From contig CAWFOU010000007.1 of assembly GCA_963817525.1 (NCBI GenBank), positions 480,001 to 544,000 on the forward strand: a stretch of 64,000 nt of DNA, read 5' to 3'. The notes under the pieces were generated by a model, which had not been told where the DNA came from, ran no database searches, and was given only the letters and a program-made list of their open reading frames with translations. Each line of letters begins with the position of its first letter. The first letter of the stretch is position 1. Below are positions 10,096-19,126 of this stretch, piece after piece. The position numbers and the translations under genes are program-made. The stretch is from an uncultured archaeon (GTDB taxonomy: Archaea; Thermoproteota; Nitrososphaeria; Nitrososphaerales; Gagatemarchaeaceae).

Positions 10096-10115
10096 GGGGC
10101 GGATTTCCCAACCCA

Positions 10116-11123
10116 TCACCTTGCGAGGACCACTCCCTTGGGGAGGACGGCCATGATGTCGGGGTGCCTCTGCCTGATCGACTGCTCCGAGAGCGGGAAG
10201 AGGCCGCTCTTCATCGCCCTCCTCACGTTGTATCGGATGAACTGCCTGTAGCGCGCGTCCCCGATGTAGGCGAGCACGGCGTCGGTGGCCGAGGCCTCGT
10301 CCATCCCCCTCACCGTGGTGAAGTAGGGGGCGAGTATCAGCCAGATGACCCGGTGCCTCCCGTCCGTTATTGGGTGCTCTAGGAGGCGCTTGACGTACTC
10401 GAACTGGTTCTGCTGGCGCGGCGGGGGCCTGGGGATGAGGGGCCTGAACTCGTCGACGAGCGACTGGACGAACTCGGGAACCGGGGCGGACCTGAGCGAC
10501 CTCATGCCGGATATCATCAGGCCCTGCACTAGGGCGGCGAAGAGGTCCCTCACGTCGTTGACGGTGAAGTAGACCAGCCCCCCGGACAGGCGCATGTTGA
10601 CCAGGCGCCACCTGGGGTCCCTCGTCAGCTCGTACTCCGTGGTCACCTCGAGGTACTTCTCGACGGGGCAGGTTATCACCGGCGGGCCTCCGCCCCCGCG
10701 CTCGGTCCCCGGCTGGAGCCACAGCTCGAGGCCCGCGGCCTCCTTGAGGAGGACGACCATCTGCTGGGGCGGCTCCTTGACGAAGAACGTCTTGGCGCGG
10801 GCGGCCTCCGTCCTCGCGAGGGCCAGGGTGAGGAAGGGCTCGTTCTTCGAGGCGAGCACCGCGACAAAGTAGCTGTAGAACTCGATCACGTCCTCCGGGT
10901 TCTTCGTGTCGCCGCTCCACCTCTCGTAGGACTGGTAGCCCAGCTTGCGCACGTTCTGGACGTCGAAGGTGGGGTTCCTCACGGCGAGCGTGAGGCGGTA
11001 GCGAGCCTGGTCGAGGATGGGCCTGTAGACCGACTTGACCACCTCGTCGAGTGGGTAGCTGAGGAGGAAGTCCCTGGCGGACCGCATGAATGGGTACTTC
11101 ACCAGCTTCGGGTCTACGTTCAA
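10116..11123 (-). CDS. DNA primase non-catalytic subunit: PriL N-terminal domain fused to a PriX-like domain
   Basis: LVKYPFM..AR and WRLVNMRLSGGLVY are PriL-like; C-terminal YVKRLLEHPITDGRHRVIWLILAPYF..VRG...GLFPLS is PriX-like; start inferred at TTG 11123 (ORF open to 11207). Confidence 0.75.
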   Translation of the reverse strand: MNVDPKLVKYPFMRSARDFLLSYPLDEVVKSVYRPILDQARYRLTLAVRNPTFDVQNVRKLGYQSYERWSGDTKNPEDVIEFYSYFVAVLASKNEPFLTLALARTEAARAKTFFVKEPPQQMVVLLKEAAGLELWLQPGTERGGGGPPVITCPVEKYLEVTTEYELTRDPRWRLVNMRLSGGLVYFTVNDVRDLFAALVQGLMISGMRSLRSAPVPEFVQSLVDEFRPLIPRPPPRQQNQFEYVKRLLEHPITDGRHRVIWLILAPYFTTVRGMDEASATDAVLAYIGDARYRQFIRYNVRRAMKSGLFPLSEQSIRQRHPDIMAVLPKGVVLAR

Positions 11124-11305
11124 GACTATCCTCCGTTCGTCTCGGAGGCTCGACTCTGATAATGATATGTTTTCTTCCGGGTCTATTCGGCCGGCGCCAG
11201 CGGTCACGTGTCTTGCGAGATGATACTCCGCCGCGGGCTATATCCCCCGATGTCGGCGAGCGGCTTATACGAGAGCGACCCGGCCTGGAGCGCAGGTCTT
11301 GGTGG

Positions 11306-11461
11306 ATGGCGAGGCAGGCAATCCGATGCTCAGAGTGCAACTGCCACCCTGCGATATGCCTGGCCGCCGAGACCGCGAGGGACTGCAAGGGCTGCTCGCA
11401 GGCCGCGAACTCCTTCACGGCCGAGTGCTGCTGCTGGCAGGCGGCCCACGGGTTCGCCTGA
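11306..11461 (+). CDS. Cys-rich metallothionein-like small protein (51 aa)
   Basis: MARQAIRCSECNCHPAICLAAETARDCKGCSQAANSFTAECCCWQAAHGFA; GGTGG directly upstream; fills an intergenic gap. Confidence 0.55.
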   Translation: MARQAIRCSECNCHPAICLAAETARDCKGCSQAANSFTAECCCWQAAHGFA

Positions 11462-11517
11462 GGCGCGGTCGCGCGCCCGGCTAGCGCTTATATGCGGACG
11501 GCGACGGAATCGGGGCG

Positions 11518-12186
11518 ATGGCCACGCTCTCCCAAGCGAAGACGCTTGGCGGCGTTGGGTCGATCCTCATCTTCATCCCCTTCGTCAGCCTGGTCGGCTA
11601 CATCCTCATAATCGTGGCCGTCAAGCAGATCTCGGACGACCTGCAGGACAGGTCGATCTTCAACAACATCCTCATCGCGGCCATCACGGGGATAGTGGGA
11701 GCCACCGCTGGAGCGTTCTTCATCTTGGCGTCCATCGGGGCGGTCGCGAAGGTGAGCGTGTCCGCAGGCGTGGGCGCCGAGCGCGGGGCGTTCCTGGGGG
11801 TGCTCGGTGGGCTCCTCGTGGTCTGGATATTCCTCGTGATCTCCGCGGTCTTCCTGAGGAGGTGCTACGACACGATGAGCAAGAAGCTCGGCGTGAGCAC
11901 TTTCAACACCGCTGCGACGCTCTACCTCGTCGGCGCGGCCCTGACGATAGTGTTCGTCGGGTTCATCGTCCTGTTCATCGCCGAGATCATACAGGCGATC
12001 GCGTACTTCTCGATACCTGCGCGCCCGCCTGGGCAGGGGATGGACGGCTCTCTTGGCTCCACGGCCGCCGCGGCGACCCCTCAGGCGCAGTCGCCGCCCC
12101 CAGGCTCCAAGTTCTGCACCAACTGCGGCGCCAAGATATCGCCGTCGGCCACGTTCTGCTACAGCTGCGGCGCGAAGCAGGCCTAG
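11518..12186 (+). CDS. DUF996-like membrane protein with C-terminal zinc ribbon
   Basis: AKTLGGVGSIL...AYFSIP; FCTNCG...FCYSCG. Confidence 0.85.
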   Translation: MATLSQAKTLGGVGSILIFIPFVSLVGYILIIVAVKQISDDLQDRSIFNNILIAAITGIVGATAGAFFILASIGAVAKVSVSAGVGAERGAFLGVLGGLLVVWIFLVISAVFLRRCYDTMSKKLGVSTFNTAATLYLVGAALTIVFVGFIVLFIAEIIQAIAYFSIPARPPGQGMDGSLGSTAAAATPQAQSPPPGSKFCTNCGAKISPSATFCYSCGAKQA

Positions 12187-12197
12187 TCGCGGCGCGC

Positions 12198-12890
12198 CTA
12201 CTCGTTGGCCACGCTGATGCTCGCGCTGGTCTTCGAGCTGGACTGGACGCTGACCAGGGCGCAGTTCACGAGGACCACGACGTTGCCCGCGCCGGGCGAG
12301 AACTCCACGCCGTCCACCGAGCACCTCGCCAGGACGGTGGACCCCGCGGCGAGCTGGCCCAGCTGCGACGGGGTGCTCCAGAACAGGATGACGTTGCCCG
12401 AGTCGATGGAAGAGTAGTACTGGCCCGTGTTGAGGTCCCTCCCCACCCCGAAGTCGAGGTTGTCCTTGATGTACACGGTCCTGTTCGTGTAGGAGGCGGC
12501 GGCCCGCGACTGGTTGCTCGCGTAGGCGGTGAAGAGCTGGCCTCCCGTGAGGGGGTCGCTGGCAGAGTTCACCGCGGGGGCGGCCGGCGAGCCGAGCAAC
12601 CCCGTCTCGAAGGTGGAGAACACGAGGAGGGCCGCGAGGACCGCTATTATCACGAGCATCGTCCCCCTCCTTCCGGGGAAGCGCGACTGTCTCTTCTCCC
12701 CGGGGAGGGAGGGCGGAGGCGCGGCCGGCTCGGTGGTCAGCGGCGGCGAGGTCGCGGTCATGCCGGAGTTGAAGTAGGAAGGCGACATGGCAGGCTGGGC
12801 GACGGTGGAGCCCGCGGCGGCGGCCCCGCAGTCAGGGCAGAACGGGGCGCCCTGGGGCACCTCCCGTCCGCAGGTCGAGCAGGCGGTCAA
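12198..12890 (-). CDS. zinc-ribbon membrane protein with an extracellular OB-fold-like domain
   Basis: CSTCG...FCPDCG, TM segment, then LFTAYASNQSRAAASYTNRTV. Confidence 0.7.
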   Translation of the reverse strand: MTACSTCGREVPQGAPFCPDCGAAAAGSTVAQPAMSPSYFNSGMTATSPPLTTEPAAPPPSLPGEKRQSRFPGRRGTMLVIIAVLAALLVFSTFETGLLGSPAAPAVNSASDPLTGGQLFTAYASNQSRAAASYTNRTVYIKDNLDFGVGRDLNTGQYYSSIDSGNVILFWSTPSQLGQLAAGSTVLARCSVDGVEFSPGAGNVVVLVNCALVSVQSSSKTSASISVANE

Positions 12891-12952
12891 GCGGCGCTTT
12901 TGGCGCGAGCGTAAATATAAATCGCTTGGCGCGAGCGCCTATAGTCCTCTGG

Positions 12953-13195
12953 CTACTTGGTGTGGGCCGGCTTGAACACGAAGCCGTCGAGGAGCTGGCG
13001 GAGATCCTTCTTCTCCTTCTTCGACTGCTTGTAGAGCTCGTCCCTCCGCCCTGGCGGCAACTTGTTCCAGTACTTTGCCACCTCGTCCTTCACCTCGAAC
13101 ACGTAGAACTCCCCCTGCTTGAAGGGCGTGTCCCTCCCCTTCTCCACGGTCGGGGCGACGCCCGACCCGTCGTCACGAACCCTAATCGAAGTCAT
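12953..13195 (-). CDS. hypothetical small protein
   Basis: ATG 13195 with upstream TTAAA; host-like codon use. Confidence 0.5.
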   Translation of the reverse strand: MTSIRVRDDGSGVAPTVEKGRDTPFKQGEFYVFEVKDEVAKYWNKLPPGRRDELYKQSKKEKKDLRQLLDGFVFKPAHTK

Positions 13196-13315
13196 GCCTT
13201 CGTCCCCCAAGTCGTCCTCATTTAAGAAATGGCCTTGGTCCGTTGGGAGGCACCGAGGGGCGCGGGCGGGGGGCTGGAAATTCTTAAAAGCAAAGCCAAA
13301 ACGCACTCGGGCGAA

Positions 13316-13396
13316 ATGTCAGCCGAAGACGGCGAAACCGACGACGACTTCGAGGACGACTTCGAAGACAGCGACGATTCCAACGACGACGACTGA
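13316..13396 (+). CDS. hyperacidic 26-aa peptide
   Basis: MSAEDGETDDDFEDDFEDSDDSNDDD; TATA-like TTCTTAAAAG at 13281-13290; GC hairpin downstream. Confidence 0.45.
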   Translation: MSAEDGETDDDFEDDFEDSDDSNDDD

Positions 13397-13476
13397 AGGG
13401 AACCCTGAGGGGCTGAGGACCCTCGAGGCCCCCGGCCAGATCTGATCTTAGAACTGCTTTCCTAGCGCCGCTGCCG

Positions 13477-13788
13477 TCAGCCCGTCCTGCGGGCCAGGTT
13501 GAACATGTAGCGGTTTATGCAGTCGACGTCGCTGTCTATCCTCTCGACTGTCATCCTCTTGAAGCGGGCGAAGATGTCCTTGAGGGCTTCTTCGTCGAGC
13601 TGGTTGACCATCGTCGGGTTGGAAAGGAACTGGACCCAGCCGGCGTTGCTCTGCCTCATAAAGTCCATGCACTGGAGTATCCTGCTCACGGCGTCGAGCC
13701 TGTCCTTCGCCTCCGCGGTCTCTATCTCCTTCCTCAGGAGGATGATCGAGTCCCTGACTTCCTGGATGTTGGTGTCCCAGTTGCTCAT
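13477..13788 (-). CDS. DUF2153-like helical protein
   Basis: KDRLD...GWVQFLSNP.MV...EE.L...D pattern of the crenarchaeal DUF2153 family. Confidence 0.65.
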   Translation of the reverse strand: MSNWDTNIQEVRDSIILLRKEIETAEAKDRLDAVSRILQCMDFMRQSNAGWVQFLSNPTMVNQLDEEALKDIFARFKRMTVERIDSDVDCINRYMFNLARRTG

Positions 13789-13933
13789 TAGGATCGTGCG
13801 TTTGTGCCTCTAGCCCGGCTTTAACGGTTTGCCCGCTCCGGGGCGCCAGGCGACACGGCGGGGGCTTTGCGCATCCGAAGAGACGAGATTCACAACCCTT
13901 ATCTAGAGATTGCCGCTTCTGTAATAATCTGCC

Positions 13934-14338
13934 ATGCTTGTCGGAGAATCGGCAAAAGCACGGCCTGAGATGAGCGGAGACCTCCGGACAATCGGTGTCG
14001 TGGGCGTCCCTCGGGCACAGAGCGCCTCGGAGGACGTGAGCTTTGACGACATTTTCCGAACCTCGATAGAGGATGGGATGACCAGGATCCTCGGGGTCGA
14101 CGGGGCCAAGGCCACCCTCTTCCACCTCGACTTTCCCACCATTGACAGCTCGAAGAAGTTCCACGACAAGCTCACGGCCATATTCAGGGCCGGAGCGCCG
14201 TCGCTCGAGAGGGTGATACTCCAACACCTGCACGAGGCTCTGGGCATCCGGCCTGCCTCCCCCAAGGACGACTTTGTCAGCCAGGTCGAGAGCGCGAGGC
14301 GCGGCTTTGGTCCGAACAGGTCGATGATGGCGATTTGA
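13934..14338 (+). CDS. hypothetical helical protein (related to 48908-49534)
   Basis: IEDGMTRILGVDGAKATLFHL...FHDKLTAIF..GA..LER.I. Confidence 0.6.
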   Translation: MLVGESAKARPEMSGDLRTIGVVGVPRAQSASEDVSFDDIFRTSIEDGMTRILGVDGAKATLFHLDFPTIDSSKKFHDKLTAIFRAGAPSLERVILQHLHEALGIRPASPKDDFVSQVESARRGFGPNRSMMAI

Positions 14339-14763
14339 CGTCGAGCAGGGGCGCCAGGATGGAGGAGGTCGACTCCGCCCAGGTGGCCGTGGCGCGGAGG
14401 ATCGCGAAGGACCTGGTCGACTGCGACCCCTCGATACTCAGCCTCATAGTCGTGGACTCCCTGGGGCGCGTGCTGCACGTGAGCAGGTCGGCGCGCCTTC
14501 CCGACGCGGAGCAGGTCAACCCCGAACTCGTCACGGTGTTCGGGACGCTGGCCAAGGTGATAGTCGGGGCGGCCAACAGCGCAGCGCAGGTCATGGGCGG
14601 GACGGAGGCGATAGTCGGGATCTTCAAGAAGCAGAAGGTCTTGCTCATCAACCTCCAAGAGTACAACCTGCTGCTGGCACTGCGGCTCTCCAGGTCGGCC
14701 AACGCGGAGTACGTCCGCGACCAGATCGAAAAACTGTTGGCCGCGCGGGAAGAGGCTTCCTAA
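14335..14763 (+). CDS. roadblock/LC7-like (profilin-fold) protein
   Basis: ILSLIVVDSLGRVL and alternating helix/strand pattern; 4-nt overlap with the upstream gene. Confidence 0.55.
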   Translation: MTSSRGARMEEVDSAQVAVARRIAKDLVDCDPSILSLIVVDSLGRVLHVSRSARLPDAEQVNPELVTVFGTLAKVIVGAANSAAQVMGGTEAIVGIFKKQKVLLINLQEYNLLLALRLSRSANAEYVRDQIEKLLAAREEAS

Positions 14764-14854
14764 TCCAGTTTCCCGAACTCAAGCCTCGAACCTGAAATTA
14801 TGTACTGGAAATTCATTATGACTTTATACTTCTTTCAGTAATTCGAAATCCGAT

Positions 14855-15214
14855 TTGAGCCTCGCGGTGCCCGTGAGCGAAGAGAACGCCTGGAATGACC
14901 GGCGCAGGCTCATGAGCGGCGGCAAGAGGCTCCTCGTCTCCGCGGGTCTGATAGCGCTCGCGTTCTGCGTCGCGCTTATCCTCATCGTTTCCTTCGGCAA
15001 TCCTCACGACCAGAACATCGCCCTGATCGCAGGGGACTATGTCGTGACCCTCGGCATCGCCGTCCCGGGGCTGACGCTCTTCCTGCTCCGCGTCTATACG
15101 GACAGGTCGATAAGGAGGGGCAACGCGAAGGCCTTCACCACGAGGGCGAAGTTGGGGCTCCTTTCCATCAGCTGGGTAACCCTGGCGATAGCCGTCACTC
15201 TGCTGATAGTGTAG
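14855..15214 (+). CDS. small membrane protein
   Basis: Three hydrophobic segments. Confidence 0.55.
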   Translation: MSLAVPVSEENAWNDRRRLMSGGKRLLVSAGLIALAFCVALILIVSFGNPHDQNIALIAGDYVVTLGIAVPGLTLFLLRVYTDRSIRRGNAKAFTTRAKLGLLSISWVTLAIAVTLLIV

Positions 15215-15308
15215 CAGCGCGGCCTCCGAACGTAGAAGGCAAATACGGATTGGGCTTCCATAACGCAGTTATCCAAAAATCGCGTCGTGCGACCCTAGGT
15301 GTGAGTGG

Positions 15309-16034
15309 GTGCCCTCATCTCCGAAGTTGGAGACCGCCGAGCAGCCGACCAAGCTCTCCGACCTTTTCTCAAAGTGCTCCGAACTCTCGGCCGAGGAGGA
15401 GAGACAGATGGGCAAGTTCGTCTGCGCGGTGATACCCGTGCTGGGGTTCCTCGGCGAGCCGGTCTCCCTGAGGCCTCAGTCGCTGGGCGGCTACTTCCTG
15501 GGCTTCAAGAGCGTCACCCTGGGAGAGGGGGCGACGGTCACGATGACCGACCCCGAGGGGAGGGTCTCCTCGAAGCAGCTCGCGACCTTCGAGACGGAGG
15601 AGCGCCTGGCAATCCTCGAAGAGTCGCTCCCGGAGCTCCAGAGGCTCGTGTCCGAGAAGAGGCGCATCGGGGAGGCCAGGCCCGCGCTGTCCGTGAGGGT
15701 GGCGCTGGGCGGGAAGCGCTTCATCGTCGACATGAGGAGCTACAGGGTGGTGGTGGCGAACGTGAGAAGCGACTGCCTGGGCGTCCGCTTCTCGACGCGG
15801 CTCTCGGGGGGTAGGAAAAAGTCCTCGCGCCCCTGCGACGTGGGCCGTGGTCAGGAGGTGGAGGTCGACCTCGGGGTCGCGAAGGAGGTCGGCGAGGCAG
15901 GGCGGCTGGAGATAGAGGTCGAGTGCAAGGACGCCGACGGGCGCGAGCTCTTCGGGAGGGGATCGGTGAGGGTCGACGGTGACTCTCAACTGGTAGTCCT
16001 GGGCCCCAAGGCCCGCATGGCGCAGGTCCTTTAG
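15309..16034 (+). CDS. hypothetical protein
   Basis: 241-aa ORF with host-like codon bias. Confidence 0.6.
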   Translation: MPSSPKLETAEQPTKLSDLFSKCSELSAEEERQMGKFVCAVIPVLGFLGEPVSLRPQSLGGYFLGFKSVTLGEGATVTMTDPEGRVSSKQLATFETEERLAILEESLPELQRLVSEKRRIGEARPALSVRVALGGKRFIVDMRSYRVVVANVRSDCLGVRFSTRLSGGRKKSSRPCDVGRGQEVEVDLGVAKEVGEAGRLEIEVECKDADGRELFGRGSVRVDGDSQLVVLGPKARMAQVL

Positions 16035-16507
16035 ATTATCACGAGCTCGAGCCCGGCCTCCTTCATGAGGCGGACGCCCAGCTGGTCGGGGTAGGAGCTG
16101 GAGGCGACGACCTTCTTGATGCCCGCGTTGATTATCATCTTCGAGCAGTAGGTGCACGGTGAGTGGGTCGAATAGAGGGTGCACCCGGCCGTGGGGATCC
16201 CGTTCTTCGCCGCCTGGACGATGGCATTCTCCTCGCTATGGCAGCACGAACAATTTCCAAGATCCTGTCCGGACTTTAGCCTGCCCTCCTTCACCGCGAG
16301 GCACCTGGCGCACCCTCCCTCGTCGCAGTGTCTCGTCCCCGCCGGGGTCCCGTTGTATCCCGTGGAGACGATCTGCCTGCCGCTCACCAGGACGGCCCCC
16401 TTGGCGGAGGAAAGGCACGTGGAGCGGGACTTTACCACGTTGGCCACCTGCATGAAGTACTCGTCCCAGGAGGGGCGCTCTTGCTTCTTCTCCGAGGTCT
16501 TCGGCAT
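16031..16507 (-). CDS. dCMP deaminase (ComEB-like)
   Basis: RPSWDEYFM, RSTC, TGYNG, HSEENA, SPCTYC zinc motifs; ATG at 16507. Confidence 0.9.
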   Translation of the reverse strand: MPKTSEKKQERPSWDEYFMQVANVVKSRSTCLSSAKGAVLVSGRQIVSTGYNGTPAGTRHCDEGGCARCLAVKEGRLKSGQDLGNCSCCHSEENAIVQAAKNGIPTAGCTLYSTHSPCTYCSKMIINAGIKKVVASSSYPDQLGVRLMKEAGLELVII

Positions 16508-16551
16508 CGAATCTGGCGTCGGGCTCGTCCTAAGAAAAGGCTTCGGGTCGC

Positions 16552-16945
16552 TTAGACGACCTTGCACCGCATCGCCGACCAGTCGTCGTCTATGGCGATA
16601 AGGGCGACGGTCTCGAGCCCCACGCCCGTGGCGTACTCCCTTATCGAGTCGCGGTTGACGTCGCTCTTCATCTTTGAGGTCCCCTTCGGGTAGGTGGGCC
16701 AAATCATCCCGCCGGGGTTGAGGACCGCCTTGGCGATTGAGAGCGGCCTCCATCTCCTTCTTCGTGGTCGCGAAGACCTGGACCGCGCCCGCCTTGCCCC
16801 CCGCCTTCGTGGCCAGAATCACGCCCTCCGGGAGCGAGCCTAGCGCGTCCTTGTAGCCTGGCGGGGCGCCGAGCAGTAAGAACCTCTGCCCGGGTTTGAG
16901 CGCGAGCTTCTTGGAGACGGGCTTGCTGCTGCGCTGCGCAGCCAC
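16552..16945 (-). pseudogene. DUF3052-like protein with a frameshift near 16738
   Basis: N-part KKLALKPG continues in another frame as LNPGGMIWPTYPKGTSKMKSDVNRDSIRE...AIDDDWSAMR. Confidence 0.7.
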
Positions 16946-17021
16946 GCAGGGCGCCGCGCCCTTTTGCGCGTTTCGGTTCCTGCAACTTTATCTTCCTCTT
17001 CGTGTGGCGCAGCCTCCGGCC

Positions 17022-18113
17022 TTGCCCAAAGCACCGATCGCGTCCGGCCTCCCCGTCAAGATCAACAGGAAGACGCCGCCTCCCGCCCTCCAGCCCTTCA
17101 CCGACTACTTCAAAGGGTTCGAGAAGGTCGCGGCGGTCAGGAAGGTCTTCGGGAAGGACACCGAGAAGGTCCTCGCGAGGCTGAAGATAGGCTTCATCTC
17201 CAACAGGCGGATGTACATGGGGATAAGGGACGAAGACGGGAACGTCGCGGTCGGTACCTACCACCTGAGGCACAGCACGGACAGCGTGCTGTATCTCGAC
17301 GTCGTCCATGAGCTCTTCCACATCGGGCAGTGGACGCGCGACAAGGAGTGGTTCACCAATGAGCACGAGAAGTTCATGGGCGACTTCTCCCTCTATTACT
17401 CCAGCCCGCTCGAGGTGCCCGCGTACGTCCACACCGTGAGGGAGGCGGAGCGGCTGGGGATGACCAGGAAGGAGATAGCAGAGTATCTCAAGATGATGCC
17501 CGTCCCGCAGAAGGTCTGGAATCGCTTTCTCAAGGAGATGGAAATCAAGCCGCTCACCGGTGCCGAGGCGGGCAAGGCCCGGAAGAGCGCGAAGCTCCCC
17601 ATCAAGATCAATAGGAACCCCAAGCTCGTCCTCCGCAGGTTCACCGACTACTTCCAGGGGTTCGAGGACGCCGTGCCCGTCCAGTCCCTCTTCGGGGATG
17701 GCGCGAAGAAGGCCCTGAGCGGCCTCAAGGTAGAGTTCCTGGAGAGCCCCTTCGGCTCGATATTCCCTAGCGAGGAGGACGGCCACCTCGTGGTCAACAC
17801 GGACTTTGTCAAGGAAGCCGACGTGGAGTCGATCTACCTCGACGTGATACTCTGCTTGAACTTCATCAGGTGGGCGGCGGAGACAGGCCCGGCTGCGCTG
17901 GGCCCCGAAGAAGGCGAGTTCGGCGAGAGCCCCCTCGTGCTCGACTCCTACAAGGCGATGGTGGCGGAGGCGAGGAGGTTAGGGATCCCGGAGGCGAAGA
18001 TCCGGGAGAGGCTCAAGCTCCCGGAGTTCATGATGAGCGAGCCGGCCTTCAAGAAGTTCGTGGCCGACCTCGGGCTCGGCCCCGCGGCGCAGGCCCCCAG
18101 TGAAAGAGCGTAG
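17022..18113 (+). CDS. zincin-like metalloprotein with an internally duplicated domain
   Basis: HELFH at 17307-17321 with downstream PLEVPAY; second copy lacks HExxH; start inferred (ORF open from 16896). Confidence 0.7.
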   Translation: MPKAPIASGLPVKINRKTPPPALQPFTDYFKGFEKVAAVRKVFGKDTEKVLARLKIGFISNRRMYMGIRDEDGNVAVGTYHLRHSTDSVLYLDVVHELFHIGQWTRDKEWFTNEHEKFMGDFSLYYSSPLEVPAYVHTVREAERLGMTRKEIAEYLKMMPVPQKVWNRFLKEMEIKPLTGAEAGKARKSAKLPIKINRNPKLVLRRFTDYFQGFEDAVPVQSLFGDGAKKALSGLKVEFLESPFGSIFPSEEDGHLVVNTDFVKEADVESIYLDVILCLNFIRWAAETGPAALGPEEGEFGESPLVLDSYKAMVAEARRLGIPEAKIRERLKLPEFMMSEPAFKKFVADLGLGPAAQAPSERA

Positions 18114-18193
18114 CCCCCGCTCGCGCCGCATGGATTCCGGGTAAGTATTGCTGGTGCGCAACCGCTTATTATGCGCACGGGCCTTCAAGGCGT

Positions 18194-18370
18194 GTGAGCC
18201 AAATCTGCGGCAAGGCCCTGGTCGGCCAGTCTTGGCACGTCCACCACTGCGTCCAGGAGAAGGCCGAGCTCCACGCCCAGAGCCACTCATGCCCGTGCGG
18301 GCACGAGTGGACGAACGAGGAGCAGCTCACGCTCGCGCCTTACCTGAAGATCTTCGCTGAAGCCGGGTAA
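18194..18370 (+). CDS. Cys/His-rich small protein (58 aa)
   Basis: GTG start, SQICGKALVGQSWHVHHCVQEKAELHAQSHSCPCGHEW...; TATA-like CTTATTA ~25 nt upstream. Confidence 0.5.
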   Translation: MSQICGKALVGQSWHVHHCVQEKAELHAQSHSCPCGHEWTNEEQLTLAPYLKIFAEAG

Positions 18371-18420
18371 AGCCCGCTCGGGGCGGCCGGGAGGAGCAGA
18401 AGGCAGGAATAAATAGATGG

Positions 18421-19067
18421 GTCTGCTTAATCGGCGCTGGGATCAGAACGAAGAGTGGCGAGAAGCTGCTCCTTTCTGTAGCGGTCGCAGTCCTGCTCGC
18501 GGGCAGCGCTTTCGATCTCTACGAGTTCAACACGCAGGGCACAACGGCCACGACAAGCAGCTCCGGCGTCGCGCGCAGCGCCAGTAGCTCTATCGGTGGG
18601 GCTGCGACCTGGGTCGTGTCCGGCTACGCCACGGGGACGAACGTCAGCAGCCAGGTCGACACGTTCTTCACCTCCAGCGCTTGTTTTCAGCCGAACGGGG
18701 GGGAGGAGGCTTTGAGCTTCGGGTGGCCGCCGACTCCACGAACGCGACAGTAAGCGGGGAAGTCATCAACGCCGTCGACCAGACCCAGTGCATCCCTCAG
18801 GGCGGGGCCCCTGAGACGCAGTTGGTCTACATCGACAAGTTCTCGATAGGACAAGGAGGATGGCTCATGCCGATCTTCCCGTCCGACGCTATCGTGAGCG
18901 GCCCCCTGAACTTCACCGTCAGCTACCAAGGGGCGACCTATTATTTCATGGTCAAGGTCCCGTATCCGCCCCTCGGGACCAACTGCGTGACGCTTCACGT
19001 GCCCTCAGGCGTGGTGACGACCGCGACAGCCATGGACGGGGCAGGCTCATACTGCTTCCAGGGCTAG
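18421..19067 (+). pseudogene. membrane-anchored secreted protein with a frameshift at a G run (~18696-18702); start uncertain
   Basis: Frame with LLLSVAVAVLLAG plus Thr/Ser linker switches to ORF 18681-19067 at the poly-G. Confidence 0.5.
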
Positions 19068-19126
19068 CCGACGAGAACAAAGGTTGAAAGGCGGACCGGT
19101 CATGTCCGCTCAGGGCGTATTCCGTC

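Noticed and set aside
11208-12914. Long Arg/Gly-rich ORFs (568 aa here; similar at 7603-8880, 10090-11418, 26643-27905, 32828-34279)
   Set aside because: Shadow frames of real genes in high-GC DNA; no motifs
13330-13396. CRISPR or tandem-repeat array
   Set aside because: GACGAC repeats are Asp codons; no repeat-spacer structure here or elsewhere in the window
16031-16945. 304-aa DUF3052-dCMP deaminase fusion in the ORF track
   Set aside because: Artefact of a frameshift; DUF3052 ends at 16552 in another frame and the deaminase has its own ATG at 16507
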